Below the pieces are notes generated by a model that saw nothing but the letters and a program-made list of their open reading frames with translations, was not told the DNA's origin and did not search any database. Of a stretch of 64,000 nucleotides of DNA, positions 24,567 through 36,345 are shown one piece after another; the stretch's first letter is position 1; each line of letters opens with the position of its first letter. The stretch spans positions 320,001-384,000 of the forward strand of contig OZ219787.1 in the NCBI GenBank assembly GCA_964291285.2, in the 5' to 3' direction. The position numbers and the translations under genes were made by a program. Source of the DNA: Alphaproteobacteria bacterium (GTDB lineage Bacteria; Pseudomonadota; Alphaproteobacteria; Bin95).

Positions 24567-25600
24567 GAGGCCGTCGCCGCCACCGGCGGCGCCATCCGCT
24601 CGAAGGCCGAGCGGACATCCTCAAGGAAACCGTGGCGGCTCATATCGACCGCAAAGCCGATCGCATTGGCGAACGAGAAGGCGTCCGAACTGCCATGGGC
24701 CTTGACGACGATGCCGTTCAACCCGACGAACACCGCGCCGTTGTAGCGGCGCGGGTCGAAACGGTCGCGCACTTTGTCGAGCGCCCGCCGCGCCAGCCAG
24801 AAACCCGCCATGCCGGCGAACGAGCTCTTCACCGCGCGCCGGAGCGCCGCGCTGTAAAGCCGCGCGGAACCTTCCAGCGCCTTGAGGGCGACATTTCCGG
24901 TGAAGCCGTCGGTCACCACCACATCGACGGCGCCGGCGGTTATGTCATCGCCCTCGATGAAACCCCTGAAATCGAAGCCGGGATCGGCAACGGCGCGGAG
25001 CCTGGCGGCGGCATCGCGCAAGGCCGTGCCCCCCTTCAGCTCCTCCTGGCCGACATTCAGCAGGCCGACCGTCGGGCGCCGGTCCAGGACCGCCGAAGCG
25101 AAAGCGGCGCCCATGACCGCGAACTGGAACAGGTTTTCGCCGTCGCATTCGATATTCGCGCCGAGATCGAGCATGGCGATTTCGGCGCGCAGGGTCGGCA
25201 TGATGGAGCAGATAGCGGGCCGGCCGACGCCCGGAGGCGTGCGCAGCAGGAACTTGGAAACGGCCATCAGCGCGCCGGTATTGCCGGCCGAAACGATGCC
25301 GGCGGCCTGACCGTCGCGCACCTTCGCTACGGCGTTCCACATCGACGAGCCCTCGCCGCCGCGCAGCGCCGAGGAGGGCCTGGCGTCATCGGCGATCACC
25401 TTTTCGGCGGCATGCAGCTCGACCCGGTCGCCAAAGCCCTTCAGCTTCGCCAGGCCGCGCTCCATCCGCGCCGGATCTCCATGGATCAGGAAGCGGGCTT
25501 CCGGGTAGCGCTCGCCGGCCAGGGCTGCGCCCCGAAGCACGATATCAGGCGCCCGGTCTCCGCCCATGCCGTCGAGCGCAATGACGATGGGATCGGGCAC
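24563..25600 (-). CDS. plsX: Phosphate acyltransferase PlsX
   Basis: [32 protein letters not shown]. Confidence 0.95.
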   Translation of the reverse strand: MPDPIVIALDGMGGDRAPDIVLRGAALAGERYPEARFLIHGDPARMERGLAKLKGFGDRVELHAAEKVIADDARPSSALRGGEGSSMWNAVAKVRDGQAAGIVSAGNTGALMAVSKFLLRTPPGVGRPAICSIMPTLRAEIAMLDLGANIECDGENLFQFAVMGAAFASAVLDRRPTVGLLNVGQEELKGGTALRDAAARLRAVADPGFDFRGFIEGDDITAGAVDVVVTDGFTGNVALKALEGSARLYSAALRRAVKSSFAGMAGFWLARRALDKVRDRFDPRRYNGAVFVGLNGIVVKAHGSSDAFSFANAIGFAVDMSRHGFLEDVRSAFERMAPPVAATAS

Positions 25601-25607
25601 AGGAGCC

Positions 25608-25796
25608 TTAGGCGGCTTCGTCTCTGGCTACGACGACCTCGCGGCCGCGGTAATAGCCGCATGCCGCGCAAACATGGTGCGGGCGCATCCGTTCGCCGCA
25701 ATTCGGGCATTCGACATGCGTTTCGGCGCCCAGACGGTGATGGGAACGGCGCTTGTCGCGGCGCGACCGGCTCACCTTCTTCTTCGGAACGGCCAT
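25608..25796 (-). CDS. rpmF: 50S ribosomal protein L32
   Basis: [31 protein letters not shown]. Confidence 0.95.
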   Translation of the reverse strand: MAVPKKKVSRSRRDKRRSHHRLGAETHVECPNCGERMRPHHVCAACGYYRGREVVVARDEAA

Positions 25797-25878
25797 CGGG
25801 CATCCTCTTTCGGATATCTGGCAGCGGCGTTGTCTATACCAAAGCCGCCGGGGCGGCAACCGCCGCCTGCCGCTCCGG

Positions 25879-27501
25879 TCATGCGGTCTCCGGGGCCGGC
25901 TCGACGCTGTCGATGGCTCCGGCAAGTTTGTCCGCGACGCCCTGCAATTCGACGGCGACGGTGTCCGCGCCCACCCGGCGCAATTCTTCCGCCCAGTGCT
26001 CGTCATGGGCGCGGGCGACGATGCGCAGGCGTGGGAAAATGTAGCGCAGCTGGCTAACGATGGTGACGGCGCGCCTGGGGTCGTTGAACGCCACGATGAC
26101 CGCGCTGGCACTCTCGACGCCGGCCGCCTCCAGCACTTCCGGACGGGCCGCATCGCCATGGAACACCTCGAAACCCAGCCGGCGGCCCGCGGTGATGTTG
26201 TCGGCATGGATGTCGATGCCGACCGGCAGCTTGCCCGCCTCCCGCAACTGGGCCGCGCATTCCCGGCCGGCGCGGCCGAAGCCGGCGACGACGACATGGC
26301 CCGAATGCGGCCCCGCGGCCTCCACCCGCTCGCCGGACTCCTGCGCGATGTCGGGCAGGATGCGGCGCCCGGCGAACGCCAGCAGCGGGGTCGCCGCCAT
26401 GGAAAGCGTGATCGCCATGCCGAGGAGCTGCGCATCCGGACTGTCCAGCAGCGAGCGCCCGACCGCCGCGCCCAGCAGCACGAAGCCGAACTCCCCGCTG
26501 CCCGCCAGCAGCAGCCCGACATAGATCGCCCGCCCCCTCGGCATGCCGAGCACGGCCCCGATTGCGGCGGCAACCGCGGTCTTGACCACCAGCAGGCCGA
26601 CCACGACGGCCGCCAGCGCGCCGGCCCGCGACACCACCCCGCCCGCGTCGATCGCCATGCCGACCGTCATGAAGAAGAGCCCGAGCAACAGGCCGCGGAA
26701 GGGCTGGATGACGGCCGCGACCTGATGGCGGTGGCGGGTGTCGGCCAGCAGCATGCCTGCAAGGAAGGCGCCGAAAGCCATCGAGAGGCCGGCGAGTTCG
26801 GTGGCGAGGCCCGTCGCCAGCACGATCAGCAGGGTGAGCGCGGTGAAGGTTTCGATCTGGCCGCCCTCGGAGAGCGGCCCGTAAATTGGACGCACCACCC
26901 AGCGTCCGACCGCCAGGATGCCCACCACGGCCGCGAGCGCCTTCAGCACCGACCAGAAGAGCGCTTCCGCCACCGCCTCCGGCGCGCCGCCGAGCACCAG
27001 CGTGATGACCAGCAGCGGACCGACGGCTATGTCCTGGACCAGAAGCACGGCGAAGGCGGACCGTCCCGCCTGGCTTGTCAGTTCGCCCCGCTCGGCCAGC
27101 AATTGCAGCACCATGGCGGTCGAGGAGAGCGCGAGCGCCGCGGCCACCACGAATGCGGCCTGGGGCGGCAGCCCGAAGGCGATCCCCGCGCCGGAGAACA
27201 CCGCCATGGTGAGCAGGACCTGCAGCAGGCCGAGGGCGAATTTGCCGCCCCCGAGAGCGCGCAGGCGGTCGAGCGGCAGCTCCAGCCCGACCGTGAACAA
27301 CAGGAAGACGACGCCGAACTCCGCCAGCGCGCGGGCGCTGTCGATCCGTTCGACCAGGCCGAGCGCATGGGGGCCGATGACGGCGCCGGCGCCGATATAG
27401 CCGAGCACCGCCGCCAGCCCGAGACGGCGGAACAGCGGCACCGCGACAACAGCCGCGAGCAGGAAGATCAGGACGTCAGCGAGATAGCTCGGATGGTCCA
27501 T
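25879..27501 (-). CDS. Monovalent cation:proton antiporter-2 (KefB/KefC-like) with KTN domain
   Basis: [26 protein letters not shown]-terminal GFGRAG KTN motif. Confidence 0.88.
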   Translation of the reverse strand: MDHPSYLADVLIFLLAAVVAVPLFRRLGLAAVLGYIGAGAVIGPHALGLVERIDSARALAEFGVVFLLFTVGLELPLDRLRALGGGKFALGLLQVLLTMAVFSGAGIAFGLPPQAAFVVAAALALSSTAMVLQLLAERGELTSQAGRSAFAVLLVQDIAVGPLLVITLVLGGAPEAVAEALFWSVLKALAAVVGILAVGRWVVRPIYGPLSEGGQIETFTALTLLIVLATGLATELAGLSMAFGAFLAGMLLADTRHRHQVAAVIQPFRGLLLGLFFMTVGMAIDAGGVVSRAGALAAVVVGLLVVKTAVAAAIGAVLGMPRGRAIYVGLLLAGSGEFGFVLLGAAVGRSLLDSPDAQLLGMAITLSMAATPLLAFAGRRILPDIAQESGERVEAAGPHSGHVVVAGFGRAGRECAAQLREAGKLPVGIDIHADNITAGRRLGFEVFHGDAARPEVLEAAGVESASAVIVAFNDPRRAVTIVSQLRYIFPRLRIVARAHDEHWAEELRRVGADTVAVELQGVADKLAGAIDSVEPAPETA

Positions 27502-27572
27502 GCCGGCCCTTCCGATGCCGGCCGGGCAGTTCGGCCGCCGGCAGGTTCAGCCGCGCCTCCACAAGGCGACCG

Positions 27573-27746
27573 TCAGCCGGAGCGCTCCAGGGCTGCGATT
27601 TCATCCTTCAACGCCAGCTTGCGTTTCTTGAGCGTCTGCAATTGCAGGTCGTCAGCGGAGGGATTGTTTTCAAGGGCGCGGATCTCGTCGTCGAGCGCAG
27701 CATGCTGGGCCGCTAGCGCCGCCCGGCGGTCCTGCAAGTCCGTCAT
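27573..27746 (-). CDS. Small coiled-coil DUF465/YdcH family protein (57 aa, not in the ORF track)
   Basis: Translates as MTDLQDRRAALAAQHAALDDEI...LKKRKLALKDEIA; GAGGAAG RBS upstream. Confidence 0.8.
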   Translation of the reverse strand: MTDLQDRRAALAAQHAALDDEIRALENNPSADDLQLQTLKKRKLALKDEIAALERSG

Positions 27747-27873
27747 GCGCATCTTCCTCTTTGCTGCGATACTGCGGGCGCGCGCCGCCCGCAGGTCCCT
27801 TTGCGAGACTGGCCCATGACGGGCGGTTTGTCACCCCGCCGGCCGCTGCTACCGGCGAAGCGAGGACGAGACG

Positions 27874-28692
27874 ATGAAATCGATTCTGGTGCCGACCAAC
27901 GACCTGGACACACTGGAGAGCGTGCTTGCCGCCGCCGAGTGCCTGCGCGCCCGCATCGACGGCTGGCTGGAGGCCGCCCATTTCCACACCGACCCCTCCG
28001 CCATCATGGCGACCGACGACAGCGGCGCCGCGCTGCCGGCGCTCGTGGAGCGGTTCGAGCGCGAGGACGACCGCCGCGCCGCCGAGGCGCGGCGGCGGTT
28101 CGACGCCTTTGCCGAAGCCGCGGGACTCGGCGACCGGGCTGTCTGGTCGGAGAGCGAGACGGGCCTCGACAATCTCGGCAACCATGCCCGCGTGTATGAC
28201 GTCGTGGTGGTCGGCCGGCCGGTGAAGGGCTCCAGCGGGCCCTCGCTCGGCACGCTCGAGACGGCGCTGTTCGACAGCGGCCAGGCGATTCTGGCGGTGC
28301 CGTCCGGACCCCCGGCCGCGTTTGGCCGCAACATAATGATCGCGTGGAACGGCTCCTCCGAGACCGCCCGCACCATCCGCGCCGCGCTCGACCTGCTGCG
28401 CCTTGCCGAGCAGGTGACGGTGCTGACCGTGACCGGCATGACGGTGCCGGGGCCGACCGGAGAAGCGGTCGCGCGCCAGCTTCGCCGCGAGGGCATCGAG
28501 GCCGGCTCGCTGGTCGTCGAGGCGGGGCTCGGGGAGAGCGGCCACAAGACCCTTGAAGTCGCGGCCGAACGCGGCGCCGATCTGCTGCTCAAGGGCGGCT
28601 ATACCCGGGGCCGGCTGCGCCAGGCGCTGTTCGGCGGGCCGACCAACTATATCCTGTTCAATGCCGGACTCCCGGTGTTCATGGCGCATTGA
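27874..28692 (+). CDS. Universal stress protein (tandem Usp)
   Basis: MKSILVP, IAWNGS.E, GADLLLKGGY...FGGPT. Confidence 0.85.
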   Translation: MKSILVPTNDLDTLESVLAAAECLRARIDGWLEAAHFHTDPSAIMATDDSGAALPALVERFEREDDRRAAEARRRFDAFAEAAGLGDRAVWSESETGLDNLGNHARVYDVVVVGRPVKGSSGPSLGTLETALFDSGQAILAVPSGPPAAFGRNIMIAWNGSSETARTIRAALDLLRLAEQVTVLTVTGMTVPGPTGEAVARQLRREGIEAGSLVVEAGLGESGHKTLEVAAERGADLLLKGGYTRGRLRQALFGGPTNYILFNAGLPVFMAH

Positions 28693-28718
28693 CAAGCCGG
28701 CCCGGCGTCTGCGACCAT
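28689..28718 (+). promoter_or_regulatory. Putative sigma70 promoter of the gcv operon
   Basis: TTGACA at 28689-28694, with a GACCAT -10-like box about 18 bp downstream, just before the riboswitch. Confidence 0.45.
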
Positions 28719-28732
28719 TCCCCCGCCGTTGA

Positions 28733-28903
28733 TCTGCGCGGGAGAGTCCGGCGATCAGGGCCGGCGCCGAAGGAGCAACCGCCCCGGAAACTCTCAGGCA
28801 CCCGGACCGCGCGGGGAGGCAACTCTGGAAAGCGGGCGCATACGCCCCACCGAAGATGTAACGGCGACGCCGGAATCTTTCAGGTCGGACGGACAGAGGG
28901 GGC
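28733..28903 (+). ncRNA. Tandem glycine riboswitch
   Basis: Aptamer 1: GGAGAG..GCCGAAGGAGCAA..CTCTCAGGC..GGAC; aptamer 2: CTCTGGAAAG..CCGAAG..CTTTCAGG..GGACAGAGG; directly upstream of gcvT. Confidence 0.93.
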
Positions 28904-28950
28904 AGACGGGCAGGCCGCAAGGGCAGGCCCGGAAGCCGGAGGGTCCGTCG

Positions 28951-30030
28951 ATGACCGATTTGCTCAAGACCCCGCTTCACGCGATGCACCTCGCCGCCGG
29001 CGCGCGCATGGAGCCCTTCGTGGGCTACGACATGCCGCTGCGCTATCCCGAGGGCAGCGTCGCCGAGCACAACCAGGCCCGCAACCGCGCGGCGCTGTTC
29101 GATGTCAGCCATATGGGCCAGCTGCGGCTGATGGGCGAGGGCGCCGATGCGGCCCTGGAGACGCTGGTGCCGGGCGACATACAGGGCCTCGGCGACGGCG
29201 CCATGCGCTACACCCTCTTCACCCTCGAAAACGGCGGCATCCTGGACGACCTGATCGTCTCCCGCGTGCCGGGCGGCCTCGGGCTGGTGGTCAACGCCGC
29301 GCGCCGGAACCGGGACGCGGAGCATCTTCGCAGCCATCTCGGCGGCAGGGTGGATATCGTGCCGGAGCCGGACCGCGCCCTGCTGGCCCTGCAGGGGCCG
29401 GCGGCGGCGGCGGTGCTGCCGGATTTCGCGGACCTGCCGTTCATGGCCTGGCGCGAGGGCGAGGCCTGCGGCGTGCCGGCCCGGGTCTCGCGGTCGGGCT
29501 ATACGGGCGAGGACGGTTTCGAGCTGTCGGTCGCCGGCGCCGACGCCGAAGCGCTCGCCGGGCGGCTGCTCGCCCATGAGGCCGTCGCCTGGGCGGGGCT
29601 CGACGCGCGCAACTCGCTCAGGCTGGAAGCGGGCCTCTGCCTCTACGGGCGGGACCTCGACGAGGATACGACGCCGCTGGAAGCCGGCCTTGGCTGGACG
29701 ATGCCGAAGCGCCGGCGCGAGGAGCGCGGCTTCCCCGGCGCGGCGCGCATTCTCGACAATCCTCCCACGCGCCGCCGCGCCGGCATGAGGCCCGAGGGCC
29801 GGGTCATCGCGCGCGAGGGCTCCGACCTGCTCGACGGCTCCGGCGAGCCGGTCGGCTGGGTGGCCAGCGGCGGTTTCTCGCCGGTGCTCGGCGGCCCGGT
29901 CGCCATGGGCTACCTGCCGCTCGCGCTCGCCGCGCCCGGCACGGAGGTCGCCTTCGACATCCGCGGGAAGCCGCGGCCCGGGCGGGTCGTCCGCCTTCCC
30001 TTCGTTCCCCACAACTATTTCCGAGGCTGA
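28951..30030 (+). CDS. gcvT: Glycine cleavage aminomethyltransferase T
   Basis: [35 protein letters not shown]. Confidence 0.95.
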   Translation: MTDLLKTPLHAMHLAAGARMEPFVGYDMPLRYPEGSVAEHNQARNRAALFDVSHMGQLRLMGEGADAALETLVPGDIQGLGDGAMRYTLFTLENGGILDDLIVSRVPGGLGLVVNAARRNRDAEHLRSHLGGRVDIVPEPDRALLALQGPAAAAVLPDFADLPFMAWREGEACGVPARVSRSGYTGEDGFELSVAGADAEALAGRLLAHEAVAWAGLDARNSLRLEAGLCLYGRDLDEDTTPLEAGLGWTMPKRRREERGFPGAARILDNPPTRRRAGMRPEGRVIAREGSDLLDGSGEPVGWVASGGFSPVLGGPVAMGYLPLALAAPGTEVAFDIRGKPRPGRVVRLPFVPHNYFRG

Positions 30031-30038
30031 GGACTCCG

Positions 30039-30419
30039 ATGGCAGTCAGGACCTACTACACGCGCGAACATGAATGGGTGCGGATCGAGGACGGTGTCGC
30101 GGTCTGCGGCATCACCGACTACGCCCAGACGCAACTGGGCGACGTCGTCTATGTCGAACTGCCGGAGGTGGGCGCGCGGGTCGCCCGCGACGGCGAGGCC
30201 GCGGTGGTCGAGAGCACCAAGGCGGCAAGCGACGTCTATGCGCCGCTGACCGGCACCATCGTCGCGGTCAATGAGCGGCTCGACGAGTCGCCCGACCTCG
30301 TCAACGAGTCCGCCGAGGACGCAGGCTGGTTCTTCCGCATGGAGGTCGATGACGAGGGCGAGCTGGACGAGCTGATGGACGAAGAGGGCTACCAGGCGTT
30401 CGTCGAGGAACTGGACTGA
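30039..30419 (+). CDS. gcvH: Glycine cleavage H protein
   Basis: HEWV, GITDYAQ.QLGDVV, lipoyl lysine in ESTKAASD. Confidence 0.96.
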   Translation: MAVRTYYTREHEWVRIEDGVAVCGITDYAQTQLGDVVYVELPEVGARVARDGEAAVVESTKAASDVYAPLTGTIVAVNERLDESPDLVNESAEDAGWFFRMEVDDEGELDELMDEEGYQAFVEELD

Positions 30420-31738
30420 TGCGCTACCTGCCGATCACCGGCGCCGACCGCAGCGAAATGCTGCAGGCGGTCGGCGCGCCGTCGGTGGAGGCGCTGTTCT
30501 CGGACGTGCCCGAAGATGCGTTGCTGGCGGAACCCGTGGACCTGCCGCGCCATGCCGGCGAATTCGAGGTCGAGCGGCGGCTCTCCCGCCTCGCCGCGCG
30601 CAACCGGGCGGCGGGCGCAGGCCCCTTCTTCTGCGGGGCCGGCAGCTACCGCCACCATATCCCGGCCTCCGTGGACTACCTGATCCAGCGCGGCGAGTTC
30701 CTCACCTCCTATACGCCCTACCAGCCGGAAATCGCCCAGGGCACCCTGCAATACCTGTTCGAGTTCCAGACCCAGGTCTGCCTGCTGACCGGCATGGAGG
30801 TCGCCAACGCCTCCATGTATGACGGCGCGACCGCGACGGCCGAGGCCGTGATGATGGCGAACCGCGTCACCCGGCGCTCGAAGGCGGTCGTCTCCGGCAA
30901 CCTCCACCCGCATTACCGCGACACGGCCGCGACCCTCGCGCGCTTCCAGGGCTTCACCCTGGAGGCCGGCCCACCCGTGCCGGCCGGCGGCGAGGACCTG
31001 GCGTCGCGGATCGACGGCGACACCTCCTGCGTCGTCGTCCAGTATCCGGACCTGTTCGGCAATATCGCCGACTTCTCGGAGCTCGCCGAAGCCGCCCATG
31101 CGAAGGGCGCGCTGCTGGTGGTCGTCGTCACCGAGGTCGTGGCGCTCGGCGCGCTCAAGCCGCCAGGGGAGATGGGCGCCGACATCGTGGCGGCGGAAGG
31201 CCAGTCCATCGGCAATGCGATGAGCTTCGGCGGCCCGCATCTCGGCCTCTTTGCGGCGCGCACGCGGCATATGCGCCAGATGCCGGGCCGGCTCTGCGGC
31301 GAGACCGTGGATGCCGAGGGCCGGCGCGGCTATGTGCTGACCCTTGCGACGCGCGAGCAGCATATCCGCCGCGAACGCGCGACCAGCAACATCTGCACCA
31401 ATTCGGGCCTCTGCGCGCTCGCCTTCACCATCCATCTGACCCTGCTGGGCGAGACCGGGCTGAAACGCCTGGCCGCGCTCAACCATGCGGGCGCCGTCTC
31501 GCTGGCCGACCGGCTCGGCGAACGGGTCGTGACCCCGGCCTTCTTCAACGAGTTCGCCGTGCGCCTCGACGGCGGTGCGGCCGAGGCGGTCGAGCGCCTT
31601 GCGGGCGACGGCATCCTTGCGGGCGTGCCCGTCTCGCGCCTCCATCCGGGCGCGGGACTCGACGACCTGCTGCTGGTCGCGGTGACGGAGACGGCGGACG
31701 CGGACGACATAGAGGCCCTGGCGGAGGCGCTCCAATGA
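30419..31738 (+). CDS. gcvPA: Glycine dehydrogenase subunit 1
   Basis: [37 protein letters not shown]. Confidence 0.95.
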   Translation: MRYLPITGADRSEMLQAVGAPSVEALFSDVPEDALLAEPVDLPRHAGEFEVERRLSRLAARNRAAGAGPFFCGAGSYRHHIPASVDYLIQRGEFLTSYTPYQPEIAQGTLQYLFEFQTQVCLLTGMEVANASMYDGATATAEAVMMANRVTRRSKAVVSGNLHPHYRDTAATLARFQGFTLEAGPPVPAGGEDLASRIDGDTSCVVVQYPDLFGNIADFSELAEAAHAKGALLVVVVTEVVALGALKPPGEMGADIVAAEGQSIGNAMSFGGPHLGLFAARTRHMRQMPGRLCGETVDAEGRRGYVLTLATREQHIRRERATSNICTNSGLCALAFTIHLTLLGETGLKRLAALNHAGAVSLADRLGERVVTPAFFNEFAVRLDGGAAEAVERLAGDGILAGVPVSRLHPGAGLDDLLLVAVTETADADDIEALAEALQ

Positions 31739-33234
31739 CCGGCAACTCCCACGACACGGTCTCCGGCGACCTCGGGCTCAGCATCGAGGAGCCGCTGATC
31801 TTCGAGCAGGACAGCCCCGGCGCCCTCGGCGTGGACTGGCCGGAAGCGGAAGCGGGCCCCGACCGGCTGGGCGGCCTTGCGCGCTCCGGCCCCATCGGCC
31901 TGCCGAGCCTGGCGGAGCCGACCGTGGTGCGCCACTACACCCGCCTCTCGCAGAAGAATTACGGCATCGACACGGGCCTCTTCCCGCTCGGCTCCTGCAC
32001 CATGAAGCACAATCCGCGCCTGAACGAGCGCATGGCGCGGCTGCCGGGCTTCGCGGACATCCACCCGCTCCAGCCGGAGAGCACGGTGCAGGGCGCGCTC
32101 GCGCTCTGCCGGGAGGTGCAGCGCTGGCTCTCGGTGCTGACCGGCATGCCCGGCGTGGCGCTGACGCCCGGCGCCGGCGCGCATGGCGAGCTTTGCGGGA
32201 TGATGGCGATCCGCGCCGCGCTGGACGCGGGCGGCGCGGCGAATGCGGAGCGGCGGCGCGTGCTGGTGCCGGATTCCGCGCACGGCACCAACCCCGCCAC
32301 GGCGGCGGCGCTCGGCTTCGAGGTCGTCTCGATCCCGGAGGACGCGCGCGGCCGGGTCGATCCGGAGCGTTTCGAGGCGCTGGCCGGCGAAGGCGGCGTG
32401 GCCGCGGTCATGCTCACCAACCCCAACACCTGCGGCGTGTTCGAGAACGACATCCGCCGTATCGCCGATGCGGTGCACGCGGCGGGCGGCTATTTCTACT
32501 GCGACGGGGCGAACTTCAACGCCATCGTCGGGCGGGTGCGCCCGGGCGACCTCGGCGTGGACGCCATGCACATCAACCTGCACAAGACCTTCTCGACCCC
32601 GCATGGCGGCGGCGGGCCGGGCTCCGGGCCGGTGGTGTTCTCCGAGGCGCTCGCGCCCTACGCGCCGGTGCCGCGCATCGTCGAGGAGGACGGGGTGCTG
32701 CGGCTGGAGGAGGCGAACGGCGAAGCCTTCGGGCGGATGAAGGCCTTCCACGGCCAGATGGGCATGTTCGTGCGCGCGCTCGCCTACATGATGAGCCACG
32801 GGTCGGACGGGCTCCGCCAGGTCTCGGGCGACGCGGTGCTGAACGCGAACTACCTGCTGCGCAAGCTGGAGGACGTCTATTCCGCGCCCTTCGCCCATGC
32901 CGGCCCGGCCATGCACGAGGCGCTGTTCGACGACCGCGCGCTAAGGGACACGGGCGTCTCCACGCTCGACATCGCCAAGGCGATGATCGACGAGGGGTTG
33001 CACCCGATGACGGTCTATTTCCCGCTGGTGGTCCATGGCGCGATGCTCGTCGAGCCGACCGAAACCGAGACCCGCGCCAGCCTCGACCGCTTCATCGCCA
33101 TCATGCGCGGCCTCGCCGAGCGCGCGAATGACGGCGCCCCGCTGACGGAGGCCCCCTTCCACGCCCCGAGACGCCGGCTGGACGAGACGCAGGCGGCGCG
33201 CAAGCCGGTGCTGCGGTGGCAGGCGGGGGAATAG
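31735..33234 (+). CDS. gcvPB: Glycine dehydrogenase subunit 2
   Basis: [35 protein letters not shown]. Confidence 0.95.
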   Translation: MTGNSHDTVSGDLGLSIEEPLIFEQDSPGALGVDWPEAEAGPDRLGGLARSGPIGLPSLAEPTVVRHYTRLSQKNYGIDTGLFPLGSCTMKHNPRLNERMARLPGFADIHPLQPESTVQGALALCREVQRWLSVLTGMPGVALTPGAGAHGELCGMMAIRAALDAGGAANAERRRVLVPDSAHGTNPATAAALGFEVVSIPEDARGRVDPERFEALAGEGGVAAVMLTNPNTCGVFENDIRRIADAVHAAGGYFYCDGANFNAIVGRVRPGDLGVDAMHINLHKTFSTPHGGGGPGSGPVVFSEALAPYAPVPRIVEEDGVLRLEEANGEAFGRMKAFHGQMGMFVRALAYMMSHGSDGLRQVSGDAVLNANYLLRKLEDVYSAPFAHAGPAMHEALFDDRALRDTGVSTLDIAKAMIDEGLHPMTVYFPLVVHGAMLVEPTETETRASLDRFIAIMRGLAERANDGAPLTEAPFHAPRRRLDETQAARKPVLRWQAGE

Positions 33235-33342
33235 CGGGGAAGGCGGCAGTCCTTCATCGCCGGTTTCCCGAAAAACCGTCGCCCTTTCGAGCGGCAAGAC
33301 GTATCCTTGCGCCAAGCTGAACGACCGCGCGGGATTATCGCG

Positions 33343-33522
33343 ATGACAGACGATTCGCCGGAAGAAGAAACCGGGCGTGATGCACTTCCGGGCAGGCCGG
33401 AAACCGATCGTCGGACAAAACCGCTTCCGCTCCGAGAACTGGCCGAATTCCGCGCCTCCATGCCCCGGTTGAAACGCTCCTCAGCCGAGGTGTTGCGCGA
33501 GCTTCGGGACGAAGGGCCGTAA
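33343..33522 (+). CDS. Small protein resembling the C-terminal half of a type II antitoxin (orphan or truncated)
   Basis: KPLPLRELAEFRASMPRLKRSSAEVLRELRDE resembles Phd/VapB-type antitoxin tails; no DNA-binding N-terminus and no adjacent toxin. Confidence 0.45.
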   Translation: MTDDSPEEETGRDALPGRPETDRRTKPLPLRELAEFRASMPRLKRSSAEVLRELRDEGP

Positions 33523-34331
33523 CGAGCCGTAAATCGCGAATACGCTGTTTCGCTAACTTGCGTCCTCGCCAGTCTGTTGATTCGCCGCTATGGCCGATAC
33601 AAGACGCTTGGCGTCCCCTCGCAAGTCCGTCGTGATACCCGCCTTGGAGGCAATCGCATTAAGCCGCCCTTCCACCTGTTCCACAGACCCGAAAAGAAAT
33701 TCCAACATTCTCCTACTCGGCGCGTGGCGATAATCGTCCGGCATCTGGACGTAATGCCCGAAACTCAATCGTTCGAGAAGGTCAACGAATCCCTCGTCCC
33801 GAGCTGCTTGTGCTGCAACCCAAGCCTTGGCGTCTTCGCCTCCACCGGCCTCACACCATACCTCTATGAGCCCCGGAAACAGCGGCGCCTCCTTCAGTCG
33901 ATCCGGGTCCGCCCGCTTCAGGCGATTCAGGAATCGAGTCCGGATACTGTCGAATTCCTCCGGCGTCAGAAGCCGAAACTCCACCGGCTTCGGCATAGCA
34001 TGTGTCAAACCATGCTCCCCTGCCGCCTCCCACACTATGCCACTCAACCAAGCAAGCGATATCGCATTCTCGAATAGCTCCGCCAGTATCGTCTCCCTAT
34101 CGCTCGTCGGTAGCCGCTTTACCAAACGGAAGACCGCAATGAGTTCGTCGGGTACCCAGATAGTGCTGCGAAATGGAGACCGAAAATTTGGAATAAATGC
34201 ATCGACCGCTTCTCCCAATACTGAGAATAAGCCGCTCAACTGCGAGGAAGGTATATCTCCTCCACGTTCAACGATGCGGTCAAGGAGCATTTGGGCTTTA
34301 GTGCCAGCTTGGGCGTGAGCGGTAACGCTAA

Positions 34332-36345
34332 CCCGACTTCCGCAACTCGGCTTGAGAATCGACTGATTTGACGGTTTTCCGGCGCGAGAAGTGTCGGATT
34401 TCGGTGCAGTACCTCTCGGGACCGGCTTGTAGTGCCGACCTACCCCCTTGATCGGGCTGGCGAAGATCCGGACGCTGCGCTGATGTTCGTGCGCTGCAAG
34501 AGACGCTTCAAGGACGGCAAGGAGCACCGCTACTGGAGCGTTGTGGAGAACGTCCGGGTCCACGGCGGTCGGGTTGTTCAGCGTCAGGTGCTCTATCTCG
34601 GGGAGATCAACGACAGCCAGCGAGCGGCGTGGTGCCGCTCGATCGAGGTGGTGGAGGGCAAGTCGCGATCACGGCAGATGGCGCTGTTTCCCGAGGACCG
34701 GGAGGCGCCGGCGCTGACTTGCGAAGTGGTGAAGATCGACCTCTCGCAGGTGGCGCTTCACGACCCGCGCCAGTGGGGGGCGTGCTGGCTGGCGCTGTCC
34801 TTGTGGGACCGCCTGGACCTGGACCGCTTCTGGGAAGAGCGGCTGCCGGCGAGCCGGCAAGGCACGCGGTGGCTGGACATCCTGAAGATCCAGGTCTGCT
34901 ACCGGCTGATCGACCCGGGCAGCGAGTGGCGCCTTCACCGTCACTGGTATGAGCACAGCGCGCTTCGCGATCTTCTGGGTGGCGAGCGGGCGATCGCCGA
35001 CGACACACTCTATCGCTGTCTCGACAAGCTGCTGGCGCACAAGCAGGGCTTCTTCTCGTTTCTGCGCGACCGCTGGGCGACGCTGTTCGAGGCGCGCTTC
35101 GACGTGCTGCTCTACGACCTGACCTCGACCTACTTCGAGAGCGATCCGCCGTTCGATGACAAGCGCCGCTTCGGCTACAGCCGGGACAAGCGGCCCGACT
35201 GCGTGCAGGTGGTGATCGCCCTGATCGTTACGCCGCAGGGCTTTCCGCTGGCCTATGAGGTGATGCCGGGCAACACCTCCGACGACACCACGCTGGCGGC
35301 GTTCCTCAAGAAGATCGAGGATCAGTATGGCCGCTCCGAGCGGGTGTGGATCATGGACCGCGGCATCCCCACCGAGGAGACGCTGGCCGCGATGCGCGAG
35401 GGCGAGGCGCCGGTGCGCTACCTGGTGGGCACGCCCAAGGGCCGGCTGACGCGGCTCGAGAAGGTGTTCCTGGGCCTGCCCTGGCAGGAGGTGCGCCAGT
35501 CCGTGACTGTCAAGCTTCTGGTCGAGGATGGCGAGCTCTACGTCCTGGTGCGCAGCGAGGGGCGGCAGGTGAAGGAACGCGGCATGCGCCGGCGCCGGCT
35601 GAAGAGGCTGTGGCGTCGATTGGCCGAGTTGCAAGGGCAGTCGAACAGCCGGGATCAGTTGTTGCTCAAGCTCGGCGCCGCCAGGAAGGAGGCCGGCCGG
35701 GCCTGGAGCCTGGTCGACATCACCGTGCCCGGGACCGACAGCGAACTCGCCGCCAACGGCTTCTCATTCCGCCTGCAGCGCGACCGGCTGCGCCAGGTCC
35801 GCCGCCGCGAGGGCCGTTACCTGCTGCGATCCAACATGGTCGCCGAAGACCCCGCCACGCTGTGGCATCTGTACATGCAGCTCGTCGAGATCGAGCAGGC
35901 GTTCAAGGAACTCAAGCACGACCTCGCGATCCGCCCCATCTTCCATCAGCGCCAAGAGCGCATCGAGGCGCATATCTTCGTCTCGTTCATCGCCTACTGC
36001 CTGCTGGTGACCCTGAAGAACCTCGCCCGGCCGCGCGCCCCGGGCCTCACCCCACGCGCCATCCTTGAGGCCTTCGCCACCATCCAGATGGTGGACGTCC
36101 ATCTGCCAACCACCGACGGCCGGCACCTCGTCCTGCCGCGCCACACCCGGCCGAACAAGGAGCACGAGCTACTGCTGCAACAGCTCGGCATGACCTGGCC
36201 GCAGCAACCCGCACCCCGGATCTCCGCCTGACGGCACACGGCGCCGCCTCTCCGTTCGCCGCCTTGTAGTGCCGACCCTCGGGGAGACGATCAAGGCTAT
36301 TCAATGAGTTAGCATCCTCATGACCCCCGAGTTGCGGAAGTCGGG
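34332..36345 (+). mobile_element. IS1634 family insertion sequence
   Basis: Perfect 19-bp terminal IR cccgacttccgcaactcgg / ccgagttgcggaagtcggg; CTAA duplicated at 34328-34331 and 36346-36349. Confidence 0.9.
34483..36231 (+). CDS. IS1634 family DDE transposase
   Basis: YDLTSTYFE, GYSRDKRPD, MDRG, IEQAFKELK, RPIFHQ. Confidence 0.9.
   Translation: MFVRCKRRFKDGKEHRYWSVVENVRVHGGRVVQRQVLYLGEINDSQRAAWCRSIEVVEGKSRSRQMALFPEDREAPALTCEVVKIDLSQVALHDPRQWGACWLALSLWDRLDLDRFWEERLPASRQGTRWLDILKIQVCYRLIDPGSEWRLHRHWYEHSALRDLLGGERAIADDTLYRCLDKLLAHKQGFFSFLRDRWATLFEARFDVLLYDLTSTYFESDPPFDDKRRFGYSRDKRPDCVQVVIALIVTPQGFPLAYEVMPGNTSDDTTLAAFLKKIEDQYGRSERVWIMDRGIPTEETLAAMREGEAPVRYLVGTPKGRLTRLEKVFLGLPWQEVRQSVTVKLLVEDGELYVLVRSEGRQVKERGMRRRRLKRLWRRLAELQGQSNSRDQLLLKLGAARKEAGRAWSLVDITVPGTDSELAANGFSFRLQRDRLRQVRRREGRYLLRSNMVAEDPATLWHLYMQLVEIEQAFKELKHDLAIRPIFHQRQERIEAHIFVSFIAYCLLVTLKNLARPRAPGLTPRAILEAFATIQMVDVHLPTTDGRHLVLPRHTRPNKEHELLLQQLGMTWPQQPAPRISA

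Noticed and set aside
25797-26573. Long N-terminal extension of L32 in the ORF track
   Set aside because: It overlaps the Kef antiporter in another frame. The canonical MAVPK start is at 25796.
28729-28950. N-terminal extension of GcvT
   Set aside because: It coincides with the glycine riboswitch; ATG 28951 has a GGAGGG RBS.
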